From contig OZ059895.1 of NCBI GenBank assembly GCA_964057225.1, positions 4,154,001 through 4,218,000 of the forward strand: a stretch of DNA of 64,000 nt, in the 5' to 3' direction. This DNA is from Auanema rhodensis. Its lineage: Eukaryota > Animalia > Nematoda. A program made the translations under genes and the position numbers. The notes under the pieces are model-generated. The model saw only the letters and a list, made by a program, of their open reading frames with translations. It did not search any database and was not told the origin of the DNA. This document shows, in pieces, positions 23,326-37,000 of this stretch; positions within the stretch are counted from its first letter, which is position 1, and every line of letters begins with the position of its first letter.

Positions 23326-26300
23326 AACATTGCTTCCAAAAACATTTCGACAAAAATTTTTTCGAAAAATTTCAAAATAATTTAGCAAAAAGTAGATGTT
23401 TTTAGATTCCTTTTTTCAAGGCAAAAATGATGGACAATGTTATTCAACGAAAAAATTAATTCTTCAGGGTGAAAATCGAGGATATAAGTGTGAACTTATA
23501 TCAGTTGATATCTCGGTGCATTTTCAAGCTAGCGCAAATCTGATAACACAGATCGACGCAGCTTAAAAATCCGCATCGAATGCACTATACTACATTGAGA
23601 AACGCTTAATACAAAACTTAGTTATGATCGTTTGAAAAATGATGCATTAGTGTATGTTGAGTTTCCATGTACACTCAACATTGCTTCCAAAAACATTTCG
23701 ACAAAAATGTTTTCGAAAAATTTCAAAATAATTTAGCAAAAAGTAGATGTATTTAGATTTCTTTTTTTAAGGCAAAGACGATGGACAATGTTATTCAACG
23801 AAAAAATTAATTCTTCAGGGTGAAAATCGAGGATATAAGTGTGAACTTATATCAGTTGATATCTCGGTGCATTTTCAAGCTAGCGCAAATCTGATAACAC
23901 AGATCGACGCAGCTTAAAAATCCGCATCGAATGCACTATACTACATTGAGAAACGCTTAATACAAAAATTAGTTATGATCGTTTGAAAAATGATGCATTA
24001 GTGTATGTTGAGTTTCCATGTACACTCAACATTGCTTCCAAAAACATTTTGACAAAAATTTTTTCGAAAAATTTCAAAATAATTTAGCAAAAAGTAGATG
24101 TTTTTAGATTCCTTTTTTCAAGGCAAAGATGATGGACAATGTTATTCAACGAAAAAATTAATTCTTCAGGGTGAAAATCGAGGATATAAGTGTGAACTTA
24201 TATCAGTTGATATCTCGGTGCATTTTCAAGCTAGCGCAAATCTGACGCTTAAAAATCCGCATCGAATGCACTATACTTCATTGAGAAACGCTTAATACAA
24301 AACTTAGTTATGATCGTTTGAAAAATGATGCATTAGTGTATGTTGAGTTTCCATGTACACTCAACATTGCTTCCAAAAACATTTTGACAAAAATTTTTTC
24401 GAAAAATTTCAAAATAATTTAGCAAAAAGTAGATGTTTTTAGATTCCTTTTTTTAAGGCAAAGATGATGGACAATGTTATTCAACGAAAAAATTAATTCT
24501 TCAGGGTGAAAATCGAGGATATAAGTGTGAACTTATATCAGTTGATATCTCGGTGCATTTTTAAGCTAGCGCAAATCTGACGCTTAAAAATCCGCATCGA
24601 ATGCACTATACTTCATTGAGAAACGCTTAATACAAAACTTAGTTATGATCGTTTGAAAAATGATGCATTAGTGTATGTTGAGTTTCCATGTACACTCAAC
24701 ATTGCTTCCAAAAACATTTCGACAAAAATGTTTTCGAAAAATTTCAAAATAATTTAGCAAAAAGTAGATGTTTTTAGATTTCTTTTTTTAAGGCAAAGAC
24801 GATGGACAATGTTATTCAACGAAAAAATTAATTCTTCAGGGTGAAAATCGAGGATATAAGTGTGAACTTATATCAGTTGATATCTCGGTGCATTTTCAAG
24901 CTAGCGCAAATCTGATAACACAGATCGACGCAGCTTAAAAATCCGCATCGAATGCACTATACTACATTGAGAAACGCTTAATACAAAACTTAGTTATGAT
25001 CGTTTGAAAAATGATGCATTAGTGTATGTTGAGTTTCCATGTACACTCAACATTGCTTCCAAAAACATTTCGACAAAAATTTTTTCGAAAAATTTCAAAA
25101 TAATTTAGCAAAAAGTAGATGTTTTTAGATTCCTTTTTTCAAGGCAAAAATGATGGACAATGTTATTCAACGAAAAAATTAATTCTTCAGGGTGAAAATC
25201 GAGGATATAAGTGTGAACTTATATCAGTTGATATCTCGGTGCATTTTCAAGCTAGCGCAAATCTGATAACACAGATCGACGCAGCTTAAAAATCCGCATC
25301 GAATGCACTATACTACATTGAGAAACGCTTAATACAAAACTTAGTTATGATCGTTTGAAAAATGATGCATTAGTGTATGTTGAGTTTCCATGTACACTCA
25401 ACATTGCTTCCAAAAACATTTCGACAAAAATGTTTTCGAAAAATTTCAAAATAATTTAGCAAAAAGTAGATGTATTTAGATTTCTTTTTTTAAGGCAAAG
25501 ACGATGGACAATGTTATTCAACGAAAAAATTAATTCTTCAGGGTGAAAATCGAGGATATAAGTGTGAACTTATATCAGTTGATATCTCGGTGCATTTTCA
25601 AGCTAGCGCAAATCTGATAACACAGATCGACGCAGCTTAAAAATCCGCATCGAATGCACTATACTACATTGAGAAACGCTTAATACAAAAATTAGTTATG
25701 ATCGTTTGAAAAATGATGCATTAGTGTATGTTGAGTTTCCATGTACACTCAACATTGCTTCCAAAAACATTTTGACAAAAATTTTTTCGAAAAATTTCAA
25801 AATAATTTAGCAAAAAGTAGATGTTTTTAGATTCCTTTTTTCAAGGCAAAGATGATGGACAATGTTATTCAACGAAAAAATTAATTCTTCAGGGTGAAAA
25901 TCGAGGATATAAGTGTGAACTTATATCAGTTGATATCTCGGTGCATTTTCAAGCTAGCGCAAATCTGACGCTTAAAAATCCGCATCGAATGCACTATACT
26001 TCATTGAGAAACGCTTAATACAAAACTTAGTTATGATCGTTTGAAAAATGATGCATTAGTGTATGTTGAGTTTCCATGTACACTCAACATTGCTTCCAAA
26101 AACATTTTGACAAAAATTTTTTCGAAAAATTTCAAAATAATTTAGCAAAAAGTAGATGTTTTTAGATTCCTTTTTTTAAGGCAAAGATGATGGACAATGT
26201 TATTCAACGAAAAAATTAATTCTTCAGGGTGAAAATCGAGGATATAAGTGTGAACTTATATCAGTTGATATCTCGGTGCATTTTTAAGCTAGCGCAAATC

Positions 26301-27473
26301 TGACGCTTAAAAATCCGCATCGAATGCACTATACTTCATTGAGAAACGCTTAATACAAAACTTAGTTATGATCGTTTGAAAAATGATGCATTAGTGTATG
26401 TTGAGTTTCCATGTACACTCAACATTGCTTCCAAAAACATTTCGACAAAAATGTTTTCGAAAAATTTCAAAATAATTTAGCAAAAAGTAGATGTTTTTAG
26501 ATTTCTTTTTTTAAGGCAAAGACGATGGACAATGTTATTCAACGAAAAAATTAATTCTTCAGGGTGAAAATCGAGGATATAAGTGTGAACTTATATCAGT
26601 TGATATCTCGGTGCATTTTCAAGCTAGCGCAAATCTGATAACACAGATCGACGCAGCTTAAAAATCCGCATCGAATGCACTATACTACATTGAGAAACGC
26701 TTAATACAAAACTTAGTTATGATCGTTTGAAAAATGATGCATTAGTGTATGTTGAGTTTCCATGTACACTCAACATTGCTTCCAAAAACATTTCGACAAA
26801 AATTTTTTCGAAAAATTTCAAAATAATTTAGCAAAAAGTAGATGTTTTTAGATTCCTTTTTTCAAGGCAAAAATGATGGACAATGTTATTCAACGAAAAA
26901 ATTAATTCTTCAGGGTGAAAATCGAGGATATAAGTGTGAACTTATATCAGTTGATATCTCGGTGCATTTTCAAGCTAGCGCAAATCTGATAACACAGATC
27001 GACGCAGCTTAAAAATCCGCATCGAATGCACTATACTACATTGAGAAACGCTTAATACAAAACTTAGTTATGATCGTTTGAAAAATGATGCATTAGTGTA
27101 TGTTGAGTTTCCATGTACACTCAACATTGCTTCCAAAAACATTTCGACAAAAATGTTTTCGAAAAATTTCAAAATAATTTAGCAAAAAGTAGATGTATTT
27201 AGATTTCTTTTTTTAAGGCAAAGACGATGGACAATGTTATTCAACGAAAAAATTAATTCTTCAGGGTGAAAATCGAGGATATAAGTGTGAACTTATATCA
27301 GTTGATATCTCGGTGCATTTTCAAGCTAGCGCAAATCTGATAACACAGATCGACGCAGCTTAAAAATCCGCATCGAATGCACTATACTACATTGAGAAAC
27401 GCTTAATACAAAAATTAGTTATGATCGTTTGAAAAATGATGCATTAGTGTATGTTGAGTTTCCATGTACACTC
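23326..27473 (+). repeat. 5-monomer (1723-bp) HOR, ~2.4 copies
   Basis: The private ATGTATTT variant occurs at 23751, 25474 and 27197 (period 1723 = 3x351+2x335). The GGCAAAAATGAT variant is in the monomers at 23326, 25049 and 26772, and ORFs fall at 24098/25821. Confidence 0.9.
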
Positions 27474-30400
27474 AACATTGCTTCCAAAAACATTTTGACA
27501 AAAATTTTTTCGAAAAATTTCAAAATAATTTAGCAAAAAGTAGATGTTTTTAGATTCCTTTTTTCAAGGCAAAGATGATGGACAATGTTATTCAACGAAA
27601 AAATTAATTCTTCAGGGTGAAAATCGAGGATATAAGTGTGAACTTATATCAGTTGATATCTCGGTGCATTTTCAAGCTAGCGCAAATCTGATAACACAGA
27701 TCGACGCAGCTTAAAAATCCGCATCGAATGCACTATACTACATTGAGAAACGCTTAATACAAAACTTAGTTATGATCGTTTGAAAAATGATGCATTAGTG
27801 TATGTTGAGTTTCCATGTACACTCAACATTGCTTCCAAAAACATTTCGACAAAAATGTTTTCGAAAAATTTCAAAATAATTTAGCAAAAAGTAGATGTTT
27901 TTAGATTTCTTTTTTTAAGGCAAAGACGATGGACAATGTTATTCAACGAAAAAATTAATTCTTCAGGGTGAAAATCGAGGATATAAGTGTGAACTTATAT
28001 CAGTTGATATCTCGGTGCATTTTCAAGCTAGCGCAAATCTGATAACACAGATCGACGCAGCTTAAAAATCCGCATCGAATGCACTATACTACATTGAGAA
28101 ACGCTTAATACAAAAATTAGTTATGATCGTTTGAAAAATGATGCATTAGTGTATGTTGAGTTTCCATGTACACTCAACATTGCTTCCAAAAACATTTTGA
28201 CAAAAATTTTTTCGAAAAATTTCAAAATAATTTAGCAAAAAGTAGATGTTTTTAGATTCCTTTTTTCAAGGCAAAGATGATGGACAATGTTATTCAACGA
28301 AAAAATTAATTCTTCAGGGTGAAAATCGAGGATATAAGTGTGAACTTATATCAGTTGATATCTCGGTGCATTTTCAAGCTAGCGCAAATCTGACGCTTAA
28401 AAATCCGCATCGAATGCACTATACTTCATTGAGAAACGCTTAATACAAAACTTAGTTATGATCGTTTGAAAAATGATGCATTAGTGTATGTTGAGTTTCC
28501 ATGTACACTCAACATTGCTTCCAAAAACATTTCGACAAAAATGTTTTCGAAAAATTTCAAAATAATTTAGCAAAAAGTAGATGTTTTTAGATTTCTTTTT
28601 TTAAGGCAAAGACGATGGACAATGTTATTCAACGAAAAAATTAATTCTTCAGGGTGAAAATCGAGGATATAAGTGTGAACTTATATCAGTTGATATCTCG
28701 GTGCATTTTCAAGCTAGCGCAAATCTGATAACACAGATCGACGCAGCTTAAAAATCCGCATCGAATGCACTATACTACATTGAGAAACGCTTAATACAAA
28801 AATTAGTTATGATCGTTTGAAAAATGATGCATTAGTGTATGTTGAGTTTCCATGTACACTCAACATTGCTTCCAAAAACATTTTGACAAAAATTTTTTCG
28901 AAAAATTTCAAAATAATTTAGCAAAAAGTAGATGTTTTTAGATTTCTTTTTTTAAGGCAAAGACGATGGACAATGTTATTCAACGAAAAAATTAATTCTT
29001 CAGGGTGAAAATCGAGGATATAAGTGTGAACTTATATCAGTTGATATCTCGGTGCATTTTCAAGCTAGCGCAAATCTGATAACACAGATCGACGCAGCTT
29101 AAAAATCCGCATCGAATGCACTATACTACATTGAGAAACGCTTAATACAAAAATTAGTTATGATCGTTTGAAAAATGATGCATTAGTGTATGTTGAGTTT
29201 CCATGTACACTCAACATTGCTTCCAAAAACATTTTGACAAAAATTTTTTCGAAAAATTTCAAAATAATTTAGCAAAAAGTAGATGTTTTTAGATTCCTTT
29301 TTTCAAGGCAAAGATGATGGACAATGTTATTCAACGAAAAAATTAATTCTTCAGGGTGAAAATCGAGGATATAAGTGTGAACTTATATCAGTTGATATCT
29401 CGGTGCATTTTCAAGCTAGCGCAAATCTGACGCTTAAAAATCCGCATCGAATGCACTATACTTCATTGAGAAACGCTTAATACAAAACTTAGTTATGATC
29501 GTTTGAAAAATGATGCATTAGTGTATGTTGAGTTTCCATGTACACTCAACATTGCTTCCAAAAACATTTTGACAAAAATTTTTTCGAAAAATTTCAAAAT
29601 AATTTAGCAAAAAGTAGATGTTTTTAGATTCCTTTTTTTAAGGCAAAGATGATGGACAATGTTATTCAACGAAAAAATTAATTCTTCAGGGTGAAAATCG
29701 AGGATATAAGTGTGAACTTATATCAGTTGATATCTCGGTGCATTTTTAAGCTAGCGCAAATCTGATAACACAGATCGACGCAGCTTAAAAATCCGCATCG
29801 AATGCACTATACTACATTGAGAAACGCTTAATACAAAACTTAGTTATGATCGTTTGAAAAATGATGCATTAGTGTATGTTGAGTTTCCATGTACACTCAA
29901 CATTGCTTCCAAAAACATTTTGACAAAAATTTTTTCGAAAAATTTCAAAATAATTTAGCAAAAAGTAGATGTTTTTAGATTCCTTTTTTTAAGGCAAAGA
30001 TGATGGACAATGTTATTCAACGAAAAAATTAATTCTTCAGGGTGAAAATCGAGGATATAAGTGTGAACTTATATCAGTTGATATCTCGTTGCATTTTCAA
30101 GCTAGCGCAAATCTGATAACACAGATCGACGCAGCTTAAAAATCCGCATCGAATGCACTATACTACATTGAGAAACGCTTAATACAAAACTTAGTTATGA
30201 TCGTTTGAAAAATGATGCATTAGTGTATGTTGAGTTTCCATGTACACTCAACATTGCTTCCAAAAACATTTCGACAAAAATGTTTTCGAAAAATTTCAAA
30301 ATAATTTAGCAAAAAGTAGATGTTTTTAGATTCCTTTTTTTAAGGCAAAAATGATGGACAATGTTATTCAACGAAAAAATTAATTCTTCAGGGTGAAAAT

Positions 30401-33400
30401 CGAGGATATAAGTGTGAACTTATATCAGTTGATATCTCGGTGCATTTTCAAGCTAGCGCAAATCTGACGCTTAAAAATCCGCATCGAATGCACTATACTT
30501 CATTGAGAAACGCTTAATACAAAACTTAGTTATGATCGTTTGAAAAATGATGCATTAGTGTATGTTGAGTTTCCATGTACACTCAACATTGCTTCCAAAA
30601 ACATTTCGACAAAAATGTTTTCGAAAAATTTCAAAATAATTTAGCAAAAAGTAGATGTTTTTAGATTTCTTTTTTTAAGGCAAAGACGATGGACAATGTT
30701 ATTCAACGAAAAAATTAATTCTTCAGGGTGAAAATCGAGGATATAAGTGTGAACTTATATCAGTTGATATCTCGGTGCATTTTCAAGCTAGCGCAAATCT
30801 GATAACACAGATCGACGCAGCTTAAAAATCCGCATCGAATGCACTATACTACATTGAGAAACGCTTAATACAAAAATTAGTTATGATCGTTTGAAAAATG
30901 ATGCATTAGTGTATGTTGAGTTTCCATGTACACTCAACATTGCTTCCAAAAACATTTTGACAAAAATTTTTTCGAAAAATTTCAAAATAATTTAGCAAAA
31001 AGTAGATGTTTTTAGATTTCTTTTTTTAAGGCAAAGACGATGGACAATGTTATTCAACGAAAAAATTAATTCTTCAGGGTGAAAATCGAGGATATAAGTG
31101 TGAACTTATATCAGTTGATATCTCGGTGCATTTTCAAGCTAGCGCAAATCTGATAACACAGATCGACGCAGCTTAAAAATCCGCATCGAATGCACTATAC
31201 TACATTGAGAAACGCTTAATACAAAAATTAGTTATGATCGTTTGAAAAATGATGCATTAGTGTATGTTGAGTTTCCATGTACACTCAACATTGCTTCCAA
31301 AAACATTTTGACAAAAATTTTTTCGAAAAATTTCAAAATAATTTAGCAAAAAGTAGATGTTTTTAGATTCCTTTTTTCAAGGCAAAGATGATGGACAATG
31401 TTATTCAACGAAAAAATTAATTCTTCAGGGTGAAAATCGAGGATATAAGTGTGAACTTATATCAGTTGATATCTCGGTGCATTTTCAAGCTAGCGCAAAT
31501 CTGACGCTTAAAAATCCGCATCGAATGCACTATACTTCATTGAGAAACGCTTAATACAAAACTTAGTTATGATCGTTTGAAAAATGATGCATTAGTGTAT
31601 GTTGAGTTTCCATGTACACTCAACATTGCTTCCAAAAACATTTTGACAAAAATTTTTTCGAAAAATTTCAAAATAATTTAGCAAAAAGTAGATGTTTTTA
31701 GATTCCTTTTTTTAAGGCAAAGATGATGGACAATGTTATTCAACGAAAAAATTAATTCTTCAGGGTGAAAATCGAGGATATAAGTGTGAACTTATATCAG
31801 TTGATATCTCGGTGCATTTTTAAGCTAGCGCAAATCTGATAACACAGATCGACGCAGCTTAAAAATCCGCATCGAATGCACTATACTACATTGAGAAACG
31901 CTTAATACAAAACTTAGTTATGATCGTTTGAAAAATGATGCATTAGTGTATGTTGAGTTTCCATGTACACTCAACATTGCTTCCAAAAACATTTTGACAA
32001 AAATTTTTTCGAAAAATTTCAAAATAATTTAGCAAAAAGTAGATGTTTTTAGATTTCTTTTTTTAAGGCAAAGACGATGGACAATGTTATTCAACGAAAA
32101 AATTAATTCTTCAGGGTGAAAATCGAGGATATAAGTGTGAACTTATATCAGTTGATATCTCGGTGCATTTTCAAGCTAGCGCAAATCTGATAACACAGAT
32201 CGACGCAGCTTAAAAATCCGCATCGAATGCACTATACTACATTGAGAAACGCTTAATACAAAAATTAGTTATGATCGTTTGAAAAATGATGCATTAGTGT
32301 ATGTTGAGTTTCCATGTACACTCAACATTGCTTCCAAAAACATTTTGACAAAAATTTTTTCGAAAAATTTCAAAATAATTTAGCAAAAAGTAGATGTTTT
32401 TAGATTCCTTTTTTCAAGGCAAAGATGATGGACAATGTTATTCAACGAAAAAATTAATTCTTCAGGGTGAAAATCGAGGATATAAGTGTGAACTTATATC
32501 AGTTGATATCTCGGTGCATTTTCAAGCTAGCGCAAATCTGACGCTTAAAAATCCGCATCGAATGCACTATACTTCATTGAGAAACGCTTAATACAAAACT
32601 TAGTTATGATCGTTTGAAAAATGATGCATTAGTGTATGTTGAGTTTCCATGTACACTCAACATTGCTTCCAAAAACATTTTGACAAAAATTTTTTCGAAA
32701 AATTTCAAAATAATTTAGCAAAAAGTAGATGTTTTTAGATTCCTTTTTTTAAGGCAAAGATGATGGACAATGTTATTCAACGAAAAAATTAATTCTTCAG
32801 GGTGAAAATCGAGGATATAAGTGTGAACTTATATCAGTTGATATCTCGGTGCATTTTTAAGCTAGCGCAAATCTGATAACACAGATCGACGCAGCTTAAA
32901 AATCCGCATCGAATGCACTATACTACATTGAGAAACGCTTAATACAAAACTTAGTTATGATCGTTTGAAAAATGATGCATTAGTGTATGTTGAGTTTCCA
33001 TGTACACTCAACATTGCTTCCAAAAACATTTTGACAAAAATTTTTTCGAAAAATTTCAAAATAATTTAGCAAAAAGTAGATGTTTTTAGATTTCTTTTTT
33101 TAAGGCAAAGACGATGGACAATGTTATTCAACGAAAAAATTAATTCTTCAGGGTGAAAATCGAGGATATAAGTGTGAACTTATATCAGTTGATATCTCGT
33201 TGCATTTTCAAGCTAGCGCAAATCTGATAACACAGATCGACGCAGCTTAAAAATCCGCATCGAATGCACTATACTACATTGAGAAACGCTTAATACAAAA
33301 CTTAGTTATGATCGTTTGAAAAATGATGCATTAGTGTATGTTGAGTTTCCATGTACACTCAACATTGCTTCCAAAAACATTTTGACAAAAATTTTTTCGA

Positions 33401-34046
33401 AAAATTTCAAAATAATTTAGCAAAAAGTAGATGTTTTTAGATTCCTTTTTTCAAGGCAAAGATGATGGACAATGTTATTCAACGAAAAAATTAATTCTTC
33501 AGGGTGAAAATCGAGGATATAAGTGTGAACTTATATCAGTTGATATCTCGGTGCATTTTCAAGCTAGCGCAAATCTGACGCTTAAAAATCCGCATCGAAT
33601 GCACTATACTTCATTGAGAAACGCTTAATACAAAACTTAGTTATGATCGTTTGAAAAATGATGCATTAGTGTATGTTGAGTTTCCATGTACACTCAACAT
33701 TGCTTCCAAAAACATTTCGACAAAAATGTTTTCGAAAAATTTCAAAATAATTTAGCAAAAAGTAGATGTTTTTAGATTTCTTTTTTTAAGGCAAAGACGA
33801 TGGACAATGTTATTCAACGAAAAAATTAATTCTTCAGGGTGAAAATCGAGGATATAAGTGTGAACTTATATCAGTTGATATCTCGGTGCATTTTCAAGCT
33901 AGCGCAAATCTGATAACACAGATCGACGCAGCTTAAAAATCCGCATCGAATGCACTATACTACATTGAGAAACGCTTAATACAAAAATTAGTTATGATCG
34001 TTTGAAAAATGATGCATTAGTGTATGTTGAGTTTCCATGTACACTC

Positions 34047-37000
34047 AACATTGCTTCCAAAAACATTTTGACAAAAATTTTTTCGAAAAATTTCAAAATA
34101 ATTTAGCAAAAAGTAGATGTTTTTAGATTCCTTTTTTCAAGGCAAAGATGATGGACAATGTTATTCAACGAAAAAATTAATTCTTCAGGGTGAAAATCGA
34201 GGATATAAGTGTGAACTTATATCAGTTGATATCTCGGTGCATTTTCAAGCTAGCGCAAATCTGACGCTTAAAAATCCGCATCGAATGCACTATACTTCAT
34301 TGAGAAACGCTTAATACAAAACTTAGTTATGATCGTTTGAAAAATGATGCATTAGTGTATGTTGAGTTTCCATGTACACTCAACATTGCTTCCAAAAACA
34401 TTTTGACAAAAATTTTTTCGAAAAATTTCAAAATAATTTAGCAAAAAGTAGATGTTTTTAGATTTCTTTTTTTAAGGCAAAGATGATGGACAATGTTATT
34501 CAACGAAAAAATTAATTCTTCAGGGTGAAAATCGAGGATATAAGTGTGAACTTATATCAGTTGATATCTCGGTGCATTTTTAAGCTAGCGCAAATCTGAT
34601 AACACAGATCGACGCAGCTTAAAAATCCGCATCGAATGCACTATACTACATTGAGAAACGCTTAATACAAAAATTAGTTATGATCGTTTGAAAAATGATG
34701 CATTAGTGTATGTTGAGTTTCCATGTACACTCAACATTGCTTCCAAAAACATTTTGACAAAAATTTTTTCGAAAAATTTCAAAATAATTTAGCAAAAAGT
34801 AGATGTTTTTAGATTCCTTTTTTTAAGGCAAAGATGATGGACAATGTTATTCAACGAAAAAATTAATTCTTCAGGGTGAAAATCGAGGATATAAGTGTGA
34901 ACTTATATCAGTTGATATCTCGTTGCATTTTCAAGCTAGCGCAAATCTGATAACACAGATCGACGCAGCTTAAAAATCCGCATCGAATGCACTATACTAC
35001 ATTGAGAAACGCTTAATACAAAACTTAGTTATGATCGTTTGAAAAATGATGCATTAGTGTATGTTGAGTTTCCATGTACACTCAACATTGCTTCCAAAAA
35101 CATTTCGACAAAAATGTTTTCGAAAAATTTCAAAATAATTTAGCAAAAAGTAGATGTTTTTAGATTTCTTTTTTTAAGGCAAAGACGATGGACAATGTTA
35201 TTCAACGAAAAAATTAATTCTTCAGGGTGAAAATCGAGGATATAAGTGTGAACTTATATCAGTTGATATCTCGGTGCATTTTCAAGCTAGCGCAAATCTG
35301 ATAACACAGATCGACGCAGCTTAAAAATCCGCATCGAATGCACTATACTACATTGAGAAACGCTTAATACAAAAATTAGTTATGATCGTTTGAAAAATGA
35401 TGCATTAGTGTATGTTGAGTTTCCATGTACACTCAACATTGCTTCCAAAAACATTTTGACAAAAATTTTTTCGAAAAATTTCAAAATAATTTAGCAAAAA
35501 GTAGATGTTTTTAGATTCCTTTTTTCAAGGCAAAGATGATGGACAATGTTATTCAACGAAAAAATTAATTCTTCAGGGTGAAAATCGAGGATATAAGTGT
35601 GAACTTATATCAGTTGATATCTCGGTGCATTTTCAAGCTAGCGCAAATCTGATAACACAGATCGACGCAGCTTAAAAATCCGCATCGAATGCACTATACT
35701 ACATTGAGAAACGCTTAATACAAAACTTAGTTATGATCGTTTGAAAAATGATGCATTAGTGTATGTTGAGTTTCCATGTACACTCAACATTGCTTCCAAA
35801 AACATTTCGACAAAAATGTTTTCGAAAAATTTCAGAATAATTTAGCAAAAAGTAGATGTTTTTAGATTTCTTTTTTTAAGGCAAAGACGATGGACAATGT
35901 TATTCAACGAAAAAATTAATTCTTCAGGGTGAAAATCGAGGATATAAGTGTGAACTTATATCAGTTGATATCTCGGTGCATTTTCAAGCTAGCGCAAATC
36001 TGATAACACAGATCGACGCAGCTTAAAAATCCGCATCGAATGCACTATACTACATTGAGAAACGCTTAATACAAAAATTAGTTATGATCGTTTGAAAAAT
36101 GATGCATTAGTGTATGTTGAGTTTCCATGTACACTCAACATTGCTTCCAAAAACATTTTGACAAAAATTTTTTCGAAAAATTTCAAAATAATTTAGCAAA
36201 AAGTAGATGTTTTTAGATTCCTTTTTTCAAGGCAAAGATGATGGACAATGTTATTCAACGAAAAAATTAATTCTTCAGGGTGAAAATCGAGGATATAAGT
36301 GTGAACTTATATCAGTTGATATCTCGGTGCATTTTCAAGCTAGCGCAAATCTGACGCTTAAAAATCCGCATCGAATGCACTATACTTCATTGAGAAACGC
36401 TTAATACAAAACTTAGTTATGATCGTTTGAAAAATGATGCATTAGTGTATGTTGAGTTTCCATGTACACTCAACATTGCTTCCAAAAACATTTCGACAAA
36501 AATGTTTTCGAAAAATTTCAAAATAATTTAGCAAAAAGTAGATGTTTTTAGATTTCTTTTTTTAAGGCAAAGACGATGGACAATGTTATTCAACGAAAAA
36601 ATTAATTCTTCAGGGTGAAAATCGAGGATATAAGTGTGAACTTATATCAGTTGATATCTCGGTGCATTTTCAAGCTAGCGCAAATCTGATAACACAGATC
36701 GACGCAGCTTAAAAATCCGCATCGAATGCACTATACTACATTGAGAAACGCTTAATACAAAAATTAGTTATGATCGTTTGAAAAATGATGCATTAGTGTA
36801 TGTTGAGTTTCCATGTACACTCAACATTGCTTCCAAAAACATTTTGACAAAAATTTTTTCGAAAAATTTCAAAATAATTTAGCAAAAAGTAGATGTTTTT
36901 AGATTTCTTTTTTTAAGGCAAAGACGATGGACAATGTTATTCAACGAAAAAATTAATTCTTCAGGGTGAAAATCGAGGATATAAGTGTGAACTTATATCA

